DNA of 64,000 nucleotides from Octopus sinensis (taxonomy: Eukaryota), in NCBI RefSeq assembly GCF_006345805.1, contig NC_043014.1, forward strand, positions 43,958,001-44,022,000, in the 5' to 3' direction. This document shows, piece after piece, positions 26,601 through 38,626 of this stretch. Every line of letters begins with the position of its first letter. Position 1 is the stretch's first letter. The translations under genes and the position numbers were made by a program. The notes under the pieces are model-generated. The model worked only from the letters and a program-made list of their open reading frames with translations. It did no database searches and had not been told where the DNA came from.

Positions 26601-29600
26601 ATTGTTTTTGATGACAAAAACCACAACCAATTTTCCCAGAACCTTAATTTTTTTCTTCTTTTTTTTTTTTGTCCTATTAATAGCTTCCTTATTTCAATCT
26701 TTGGACTACACCTGTTCCTTGAAAAGTTTTTGTCAAATAAATCAACCCCACTACTTATGTCTTTTTAATATCTGATACTCACTCAATTGGTGTCTGTTTG
26801 TTGAACAAGCAATATTTTAACCCTTTCGTTACTGTATTTATTTTGAGATGCTCTGTGTTTCTTTCAGTTATTTTAATTATAAGAAAGAATTTAGTAAAAT
26901 AACATAGTTATCATTCAGCTAGTGTTAGGAACATAAATTGTGACTAAGGTTTGATGGAAGATTATAATTCAGAACTTATGGAAACAAGACTTATGGAAAC
27001 AGCCAGAGCTGGTTTCAGCTGGGTTGGTATTGAAAGGGTTAAATTAATCATTTGTTAACCCTTTTGTTACCATATTTCTGTTGAGATGCTCTGTGTTCCT
27101 TTCAATTACTTTAAATATAAAGAAGAATTTAGTAAAATAACTTAGTTATCATTCAGCTAGTGTTAGGAATATAAACTGTGACTTAGGTTTGGTGGAAGAT
27201 TTTAATTCAGAACTTATGGAAACAAGACATTTGTACTACAGAGCCAGAGCCAGTTTCAGCCGGGTTGGTAGCAAAAGGGTTAAGTGTTTTTTAGAATTTT
27301 AGATTTTTAGACATTTTTTTCTTAACTAAGCAAAATTGATAAAAGACAAAAATAGAAATAATTAAGTAAACGACTGTAGTTGAAATTCCTAATTCATTAT
27401 TTAAAACAGTGAAATTATGAATAAAATCAGTGAAAACTTCAATTTCAGTTCAAATTTCTGTTTTAAAATTTTGTCTACATGTTTACATTTCAGAAAATAT
27501 CTGTTTCAAATTTGAAATTTGAAACCAATAAAACTAACAGAAAAATTGCCATTTCTATATTTTTAAAAAAATTAATTCTGAATTCATTAAAAAATGCGTA
27601 GGGGGCAGAGAAAGAGCATAACATGTGACCATTCTTCTGTGTTTGTTTATTCTAGAATGAAGATGAACTGAATGACTTAAAAGCCGAAACGAAAGAGAAA
27701 GTTGAAGTAATGGAAGAGAAGAAGAAAGAACTTGCATCAAAAAGGAAAGAGGCTGAAAAATTAACAGGAAAAGTAATTAATTAATTCGTTTGTTTAGTTT
27801 TCATAAATTTGAAGGAAATTGAAACTGGCCACACACCTTGTAAAATGAAAGCTTTCCACTGTTGCGGGTAAGAGAAGAGGGCTATAAAGTGGTTATAAGT
27901 TAATAATGGCAAACTTATAACATGTGTTGGTAGTCACCTACCATAGACTGTTAAGAGATATGAGCTGGACTTTGAAAAAAAATTAAAATCCTCCAACGAT
28001 ATCATGTTATAATAAGCTTAGCTGAAAGCATTTACCGCAAACTATAAATTACATATGTACAATTATGTGACACAGGATTATTAAAGAAATCTAAAATTTC
28101 AACACACCAAATTAAAATGGTGTAGATCATCATTACAAAGTGTTCAATAATCTACTCTCACTAACAAAGATACTGGTTGATTAAAACAACTGATAACTTG
28201 CCTTACTCCAATTATGATAACGAAGCTTGGTCACATTTTGCTAAAAAGCCTCTCGTGATATTTTTATAAGACCTTCACATCTTAGTGTGATTAGTGTGAC
28301 ATGGCCGTCCTGCAAGCCAATGAAGTGAGTTCATAGCTCGCAGGACGGCTTGCTGTGCTAACGTTGGATCATAGAGTGACCCGCTGTGCTTGAGGAGACC
28401 TATTGTGTCAAGTTCATCAACACCAACATCAAAATAAAAATCAAATGGAAATTGTAGTTAAGATACCCATGCTGGTGACAAGTAAAAAGCACCATCTGAA
28501 CATGGCAGATGCCAGCGCCGCCTGACTGGCGTCCGTGTCGGTGATACGTAAAAAGCACGAACCGATGGTGGCTGTTTACCAGCCTCCTCTGGCCCTTGTG
28601 CTGGTGGCACATAAAAAGCACCCACTACACTCACGGAGTGGTTGGCATTAGGAAGGGCATCCAGCTGTAGAAACACTGCCAGATGAGACTAGAGCCTGGT
28701 GCAGCCTTCTGGCTTCCCAGACCCCAGTCGAACCATCCAACCCATACTAGCATGGAAAATGGACGTTAAACAATGATGGTGATGATATGAACCTAGGAGA
28801 ATGAGCCCAAGGAGAGCCTAGTCATCATCATCAGTTGTCAGTGCTGGCATGGGTTGGAGAGTTGCACCAGAGATAGTAAGCTGGAGAACTGCACCAGATT
28901 CCAGTCTGATTTGACTTGGTTTCCCTTGGATGCCCTTCCTAAGATCAACTTTTTACAGAGTGTGCTGGATGCTTTTACATGGCACCATAACATTGCTTTT
29001 GCATGGCACTGCATGGGCACCTTTATGAGTGCTTTTTATATGGTGCCAGCATAGGACCCTTTGCAGGTTACTCAACACCAGTGGGAGGAATGGTCTTCAC
29101 ACTTCTTATTTCTTTATTGTCCACGAGGGGCTAAACATAGAGGGGGACAAACAAGGACAGACAAAGAGATTTAAGTCGATTGCATTGACCCCAGTGCATA
29201 ACTGGTACTTAATTTATTGACACCTGAAAGGATGAAAGGCAAAGTCGACCTCGGCGGAATTTGAACTCAGAATGTAATGGCAGATGAAATACTGCTAAGC
29301 ATTTCACCCGGTGCGCTAACGTTTCTGCCAGCTTGCCGACATAATGGTCTTCACACTTCTGCCGCATAGTGAGTCCTTAAATTATTGATGGATATGCTCT
29401 TGATTACATACTTTCATCAATTTAAATTTTTAATCCAAAACAATCTTCAAAATGAGACTAGGTATGTTTTTTTTTACTTGTTGCAGTCATTTTAAAGACT
29501 GGCTGCATACATTTCACATATAATTAAAATTATAACATTTAAATATTGGTTTCAAATTTTTACAGCAGGCCAGTAATTTCAGGGAAGTGGGGTTAAGTCA

Positions 29601-29656
29601 ATTACATCAACCCCAGTACTCAACTGGTACTTTTCAGCACCTCCCTCGTGTATGTG

Positions 29657-29687
<31 letters not shown>

Positions 29688-32600
29688 TCCTCTTCCTTAC
29701 CTCTCTCACTGCTCCACTCTTACTGTGTCTCTTCTTCCTCAATTGAACCACTCTTCTTTTTTCTATCTCCAGATATTAAAATTAGATCATGAAATCTGTG
29801 TCAACCGGAAACACATTGCTTCAGTTTGTGCCAAAGCCAGGAATGAATATTCTAAAGCTCAAATCAAGAAAGATTTCAAAGCTGGTCTTAAGGTAAGTCC
29901 TAAAATAAGCCATATGACAAACCATTATTACAGGAGGTTTTTTTTTAAGATGAGTCCTAGTTTTAGTCTCAGAGATGAGTCAGGAATTTGGTCATTTAGA
30001 AAAACAACTAGTCATAATGGTGGGCTTACGAGATGTCATAATGTAGATCTTGTGGAGAACTGTTATTCTTGATTTTAAGGTGAACCCTAATTTTAGTTTT
30101 AGAGATGAGGTACCTTTTATTTTTCATCTTGTTTCAGTCATTAGACTGCAGCCATGCTGGAGCACCACTTTTGAAGAGTTTTTAGTTGAATGATTCGATC
30201 CCAGTACTTTTTTTTTTCCAAGCCTGGTTCTTATTCCATCAGTTTCTTTTGCCAAACTGCTAAGTTATGGGGACATTAAAAAAACTAACACTGATTGTCA
30301 AGCAGTGATGCAGGACTAATGCAGACACAAAGACACACACACACATATGTGTGTGTGTGTGTGGAGGCACATGGCCTAGTGGTTAGAGCAGCAGACTTGC
30401 GGTCAAGGGATTGCAGGTTCAAATCTCAGTCCAGGCGATGTGTGTGTTTATGAGTGCAACACCTAAGCTCCACATAGCTCTGGCAGAAGGTAATGGTGAA
30501 CTTCTGCTGACTCTTTCGCCATAACTTTCTCTCACTCTTTCCTCCTGCAACGGGCCGGCGTCCCATCTAGAAGTTGGGATATCTATACGCCAAGGAAACC
30601 GGGAAACTGGCCCTTATGAGCCAGGCATGGCTCGAGAAGGAACAAACATATGTATATATATGATTAGCTTCTTTCAGTTTCTGCTTACCAAATCCACTCC
30701 CAAGGCTTTGGTCAGCCTGGGGCTATAGTAAACATTTGCCCAAGGTCCTTTGCAATAGGACCGAACTTCTTACCATACAGCCATCTACAGACTTGTGATT
30801 GAGCAGCTGGAAAAAAAAATTGCTATTTTAAATCCCGTGGCAATTATAAGATTAGTAGATGTAAACTGGGATAATCATAAATGTTAGATTATGTTTATTT
30901 TTGGGATCATCTTAAACTTTGAGTCAGAAGCTCTTCAGTTCTTCAATTTGCATATCTAAATGTAGAACATATTTTTCTGTCAGGTTTAAAGAAAACCTTA
31001 TTGAAAAGCACCGAAAGATTTTTTTTTTTTTTTTGTAAAACAACAATCTTAATTTTTTTTTATTTTTTTTTTTTTTTTTATAGGAAATGAAGCGGAGAGC
31101 TAAAATGGCTTCCGAAGACAGTGATGAGGAGATATTACCTGAAGAAGACGAGGAGGATATAGAAAACTCTGCTGCCAATAATTCCAATGACAACGATCCT
31201 AACAAAAACAATAATAACAATAATAATAACAATAACAACAACAACAATAACAATAATAATAATAATAATAACAATAATAGTAATAATGAAGAATTTGAAG
31301 AATATGAGAAAAATCTTAATGTATTTTGCGTTAGTTCTGTGGAGTACCTGAAACTTAAGAAGTTACTGCACAATGATGGACCTGCTCAGGTAAGTTGTTA
31401 GTTTCGAGATAATCTTACTCGGCTCTCACTGAGATAATCTAACTGGGCATGAACCATTTTGGCACCTATTTCGTATCACTGCTTCAATGCTGAGTTATTC
31501 AACATCAGACATACTAATATCTCTGATTCTTCCCCACCTCTCTCTCTCTCTTTGAGTGTGTGGTAGCATATTTTTCTTTATGTGTATGAGGAGAGGGTAA
31601 GTTTTTAATTAAAGGTGGCAAGCTGGCAGAAACGTTAGTACGCCGGGCGAAATGCGTAGCCGTATTTCGTCTGCCGTTACGTTCTGAGTTCAAATTCTGC
31701 CGAGGTCGACTTTGTCTTTCATCCTTTTCGGGGTCGATAAATGAAGTACCAGTTGCGCACTGGGGTTGATGTAATCAACTTAATCCGTTTGTCTGTCCTT
31801 GTTTGTCCTCTCTGTATTTAGCCCCTTGTGGGTAATAAAGAAATAGGTATTTCGTCTGCCACTATGTTCTGAGTTCAAATTCCGTCGAGGTCAACTTTGC
31901 CTTTCATCCTTTTGGGGTCGATAAATTAAGTACCAGTTACGCACTGGGGTCGATATAATCGACTTAATCCATTTATCTGTCCTTGTTTGTACCCTCTGCA
32001 TTTAGCCCCTTGTGGGTTGTAAAGAAATAGGTAAGTTTTTAATGTCTCTCTCTCTATACGTATGTTTTGTGTGTGTGTGTGTGTATGCTTCCCACCAGTG
32101 CCAAAAAGTACTGTTGACGAAACAGATTGAATGTCCAACTATACCAGATCATCAGCATTCGAACAATCATACCAGACCATCTTATTCTGGGCCCAACTTA
32201 TGCTACAGACCCACCGATATGACCCTGATACAGCATAGTTTCTAATATCGAGTACTGTGGGTCTCCATTCAACATGTACACTGAAGCTTTCTTCCAAGTC
32301 AGGATAAATGTTTTGAACAATCTAAAGATTGAGATTCAAATATATATTATATCTTGATTTTCTATCACAATTTCTGAGTAATAAGCATTGGTCAAAAACG
32401 AATCAAAAGTCCTTTTTGAGCCATAGGTTAATACTTTTTTACAATAGGACAAATTTATATTATTTGCTCTCAACCAAAGCAAGGCTCTATAACCTCACTA
32501 CCTCCTCCTGGTCCCCCCCCCCAAAAAAAGAAAAGGTGTGTGTGGGGGGGGGGGCTCGAATCTTTCTCTTCCTTTTGTTTACTCTGCTCAAGCCTTTGAC

Positions 32601-35600
32601 TGATCAAAGGAATTCCAGCTGTGACCATTCTATCTTCTTTTTTCTTTTCATTTTAGTTATAGTGTACCTTGGTCAAGTGAGGGTGCATGGCCTAATGGTT
32701 AGAGTGTTGCACTAGTGATGGCAGGATCACGGTTTCAGTTCATAGACTGGGTAGTACATTGTGTTCTTGAGCAAAATATTTCGCTTTACATTTCTGATCA
32801 CTTCAATATCTGATGTGTGGCACACCATGCCCCTGCACAGACAATGTGAAGGTTGTTCAGTAACTATTTGCTGAACCCTCACTTATCATTTATGATGAGA
32901 AAGTCCATAGTATCCCTGGCCTACATTGTCCAGTGTGGTTTGAAGGTTTGGCTGCTATTTCTAAAAAGTCAAGGTGACCATGTGAAAGCTCCCTCGTTGC
33001 CTTGTAACTACAAACAGTTGCTTAAAATGGCTGCAGTGAGCATCACCAATTAATTAGATCAGGTGAAACTGATTGACCTTGTAATTTGTCTCTTAACTGA
33101 TTGGATTAATTACTTCAGCAAGTTACTGCAGTGACTTCTAACGAGAAAATGGATTAGGTTTGCTAATCATCTTGGTTCTGCCTCTTTCATTATTACATTT
33201 CAGGTTGGATAAGTCTCTTGCTATTTTGACACTTTCATCATAGTGTTTTTGTTTTTTTTATCCTTCTCCAAATTGGCATGTGTTAGCTAGGTCTGCTGTG
33301 TAGTATTTTTTTTATTTATGCGGCCTTTTCAAGCCTAGCCAGGCTCATGGGCCCGGTTTCCCAGTTTCTATGGCGTATGTGTTCCCTGCAGCTGGATGGG
33401 ATGCCAGTCCGTCACAGTGTTACTCAAGAAACAGGAAGAAAGAGTGAGAGAAAGTCGGGGCAAAAGAGTACAACAGGGGTCGCCACCACCCCCTGCCGGA
33501 GCCTTGTGGAGCTTTAGGTGTTTTCGCTCAATAAACACTCACAACGCCCAGTCTGGGAATCAAAGCTGCGATCTTCCGATTACAAGTCCGCTGCCCTAAC
33601 CACTGGGCCATTGCACCTCCACTGCTGTGTAGTATACCACTACTTACCTCAAACTTTTGTCTCATCTCCGAGGCCCCGATATGCTGAGATTTACTTCATG
33701 CTTTCCATTGTTCTCTTCTTGACATGGGTACTTTTCACCTGGAAGCACTGGTGCCACATAAAAAGCACCTAGTATACTCTGTGAAGTGGTTGGCTTTAGG
33801 GAGGGCATCCAGCTGTAGAAACCAAGCCAAAACCAATGAAACCTGGAGCTGCTCATGACCTTGTCAGCTCCTGTCAAACCCGCCAACTCATGTCAGCATG
33901 AAAAATGATGGTGATGATGATGATGATGATGATACCAGTTGACATTTCCTAACATCAGTGGTTGTTGTTTGTTTGTTTGTTCCTTCTTGAGCCATGCCTG
34001 GCTCATAGGGCCAGTTTCCCGGTTTCCTTGGCGTATAGGTTCCCCACTTGGATGGGACGCCTGTCCATCGCAGGTGAGCTGCAAAATGCAGGAGGAAAGA
34101 GTGAGAGAAAGTTATGGCGAAAGAGTCAACAGAAGTTTCACCATTATCAACACACATATCGCCTGGTCTGAGATTCGAACCCGTGATCCTTCGACTGTGA
34201 GTCCGCTGCTCTAACCACTAGGCCATGTGCCTCCATAACCTCAGTGGTACAAAAACTCTAAACCATATGCTTCCAAACTGAATTTCTTAACATCACAGCC
34301 CTCAACTTTTCCCACTACTTTTGCTTTCAAATATAAATTCAAAGTCTTACTCATCTGAAATTTCCATGATGTAGATGCTGGCATGGCTGAGTGGTAAAAT
34401 GTTTGCTTCCCAACTAAACAGTTCCAGGATCAGTCCCATTGTGTGACATTTTGGATAAGTGTTTTTTATAACCCCAAGCCAACCAAATCTCTACGAGTGG
34501 ATTTGGTACATGGAAACTGGAAGAAGCCCATCTCATAAATATACATACATATATGTGCCAGTGGCACGTAAAAAGCACCCACTACACTCACGGAGTGGTT
34601 GGCATTAGGAAGGGCATCCAGCCGTCGAAGCATTGCCAGATCAGACTGGGCCTGGTGCAGCCCCCTGGCTTCCCAGACCCCAGTTGAACCGTCAACCCAT
34701 GCCAGGATGGAAAGCGGACGTTAAACGATGATGATGATGTCGCCGTATTCAAATATGAAATAGAAACAGCTCTAGTGTAATAACCATTATTAACTACACA
34801 TACTAAACATGTACGCTTCTTATATTTGCGATTTAGTGTGGTGGAGATTCCTCTCTGAAAGCCACAAAGGTGATGAAACTTTGATGTCCGTCACACCTGA
34901 GTGGGATTCAGAGTGAGTTATCCCACCTGTTCATGACTCTCAGGTGTTTTGTAACACATGGCTCTTTCAGAGTGTAATCTCCACTATGCTAAATTGCAGC
35001 CTACTGACAAATACACAAAGTATATATGTGAAGTCTCTGTGGTCAATAATATACAGCTTTAGTTCACAACAGAACATGTGCAACCTGTTGGAAGATTGCA
35101 AAGGCATGTCAAAGGACTTATACTGTGACACCTGTTCCCTCTGCCATCCAGTACAGCTGTGCATTACGCAGTAGAATGTGCAGATCTTTGGCCGGGCTCA
35201 AGAGTCATACAAGGGCCTTAGATTGCATTATTGATTAGGAACTTAGAAGTATATAATCAAACATTTTTTTTTTTTTTTAGCTATTACCCAAGCATAGCTA
35301 AATAAGATATTCTAAGTTCTTCATTTTCCGTTTTGCTACCGTTGTCTCCTGCCAAGATCATGCTTACTACTATCAGTCTCATCAAAATTAGTGACAAAGT
35401 TTAATAGTTAATTAGTATTCGTTTCATCATAATTAATGATATTTAATGTTAAAGTTTAGTTTACTTAATAAGATTACACTCTGATCAAAATCCAAAGCAA
35501 ATACAATGATTTCTAAGTCATAATTTATATTAAATTAATAAATTAATCAACAGAGATGCTTTGCATTGCCTCTTCATGTAAGTTATTTTCACTACCAGTG

Positions 35601-38595
35601 AGTTTCTACATACTCTTTTACTCTTTACTCTTTTACTTGTTTCAGTCATTTGACTGCGGCCATGCTGGAGCACCGCCTTTTAATCGAGCAACTCGACCCC
35701 GGGACTTATTCTTTGTAAGCCCAGTACTTATTCTATCGGTCTCTTTTGCCGAACCACTAAGTAACGGGGACATAAACACACCAGCATCGGTTGTCAAGCA
35801 ATGCTAGGGGGACAAACGCAGACACACACATATATATATATACATATATATACAACGGGCTTCTTTCAGTTTCCGCCTACCAAATCCACTCACAAGTCTT
35901 TGGTCGGCCCGAGGCTATAGTAGAAGACACTTGCCCAAGGTGCCACGCAGTGGGACTGAACCCGGAACCATGTGGTTGGTAAACAAGCTACTTACCACAC
36001 AGCCACTCCTGCGCCTTTTGTTTTCATATTTTGTTTTCCTTTTGACCCATGTTGCTGAATCCAGTGAAATCACCTTGATTCAGATGAAAAACAAAATTGA
36101 TTACAGTTGATGACTTTAGAATGTTTTCATTGTTCCTCGGTGAATGGGGAATATTTTTCCCATAGCAATATTTTGAAACTACACCAAACTCATGTTTACT
36201 TTTCATTCTTTCTGGCGTTGATACACTTAATACTAGTAACAATTGGGAGCCAAAGGAATATTAGTTTACTAGCAGTATCGCCCGGCATTGCTCAGGTTTG
36301 TTTCGACCCTTTAGAATTGGAATTTTTGACAAGTAAAAATTTTGCATTATGTAGCTTGTTATTCTCTTTAAGTGAACATTTTTCTGGTTGAAATACACCG
36401 AGAAATGGCGACACAGCAGTCAAAAAATTGTAAAAAAATAGGGATTTTCATAGAAAAAAAAGCACCTTTTTGATGTAAATATTTTTTGGTGTTAACATGG
36501 TCCGATTTGAATTTTTTTTCTTCTACGGAAGGAAGAGCAAGCCTTCTTCTATCATACTCTCAATTTTGGTCAACTTGTGCCGTAGGGTCTCGGAGAAGAT
36601 AGTGTTAGTTGAAGGCTGCAAAACCTGCCATACACAAACAACTTCAGCTTTATATATATATAGAGATTTATAATAACAAAGGGTAAAATTAATTAATTAA
36701 GAAGTAATCAATAATTTATTCCTTATTCCAGCCTAATTCCGAAACATGCGTCCATAGGTGACCAGATATTGATTGATTTTTGATTTTTGTTACTTTTCCT
36801 CTCTGCCTGTGTGATTGTTTTCAAGTATTTTGGTTTTTCTCGGAGTCCCTTTTTAAAGTAGAAGAAATAGCTAACGTTTTTTGGCTGCTATTTCTAAACT
36901 TCAGTATGTGGTAAAGCAAATCTTTGCTGAACCCTATTTATTAAGCATAGAGATTTATATATAGAGAGGTTATGAAGGAAGAAAATATCTAATGATATGC
37001 TCATAAATATTGCACTCTCCTTTTTTTTTTTTTGGTTTGCATTTTCTCTTGTTTGTTGTAAGTTGTTAAAAGTGTTTCTTTCATTTCTTTCCCCCAACTA
37101 TGAAGGTATTTTCATTTGAGGAAGAATCAGAAATTCCGGAACTGAGAGATTTTGTACACAAGTCTACAAATCTACGGAGAAAAATTGGTTTAAAGCGTTT
37201 GGTCCAGAATTTGGGACAATTTGTCTTTGATCTCGAAAGTTACATCACAGATGGAGGAACACAGGTAAACATGGCTGTCTTTTTTATTTATATATTCTTT
37301 CTTTCTTTTACTTGTTTCAGTCATTTGACTGTGGCCATGCTGGAGCACCGCCTTTAGTCAAGCAAATCAACCCTGGGACTTATTCTTTGTAAGCCTAGTA
37401 CTTATTCTATCAGTCTCTCTTGCCCAAGGTGCCATGTTCTATTTTAATTCTTCTTTTCCGTTGTTTTCATTGCAGAGCCATGGTACTCGGGAAAGTGTAC
37501 GGTCTACGTTTGAAGGAAGTCTAAATTCACTCATGTCTGACTTAAACCCTATCATGGAGGGTCTTGCCTCGGAGATTGAAGAACTCTTCAACAGTCAGAT
37601 TTACTGTAAGATGAACGAAGGTGTAGACACTGCCAAAAATACTTCCAATTATACTGCTGCTAAATGGTGTTCACCGGTAAGTGTTTGAATAATTATCATT
37701 ATTATTATCGTCGTCGCCGTCGCCGCCGCCGCCGTCGTCATCATTATTAATCAAAATCAAAATCGATCAACATCAATGGAAATTGTAGCTGTGATGTGAT
37801 ACCAGTGCCGGTGGTACGTAGGAGAACCATCCGAACGTGGCCGTTGCCAGCCCAACTGGCCTCCGTGCCAGTGGCACGTAAAAAGCACCATCCGTTCGTG
37901 GCCATTTGCCAGCCTCGTCTAGCACGTAAAAAGCACCCACTACACTCACGGAGTGGTTGGCATTAGGAAGGGCATCCAGCCGTAGAAACATTGCCAGATC
38001 AGACTGGGCCTGGTGTAGCCTTCTGGCTTCCCAGGCCCCAGTTGAACCATCCAACCCATGCTAGCATGGAAAGCAGACGCTAAACGATGATGATGATGAT
38101 TATTATTATTATTATGTGAGAGATGTCGTAAGTGACACTGGGGTACAAATATACGAAGCCCAGTATACCCATCATGACTACCCGTCTGATAAGGGTACAC
38201 CAGGCACATGCATCACAACCATATGTGCGCGACATGGTGATGTCATATCGTGATGAGCAGTGCATGACCTTGCAGGTGGGGCCCAGTTAGAATTTTCTTC
38301 ATGTCCAGTAGCCCATCCTGCTCAAAAGGTCCTGAGTAAGGGTTGTTTAAGGATGATGAACAAAACACCCATGTTTCCAGAGGTGAATTATCCAAACCCC
38401 AAAGAATTCCTCTCAACACATGGCTATGATGTTCCCCCACTACATCTGTTCATGATCAGAGATGCACATATCGTCAGCCACTAAGGAACATGCTCAACTG
38501 GTTAAGGTCAAAAAAACTGACAAGCACCGTGGTATTTATACCTGGACAAAACAATGTACATGATAACACTTCCCATCATAGCCTGGTACTACTGC

Positions 38596-38626
<31 letters not shown>

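Noticed and set aside
33040-33180. TAAT-rich stretches as possible homeodomain enhancers (also 58870-59340)
   Set aside because: Not distinguishable from chance in AT-rich DNA without conservation data
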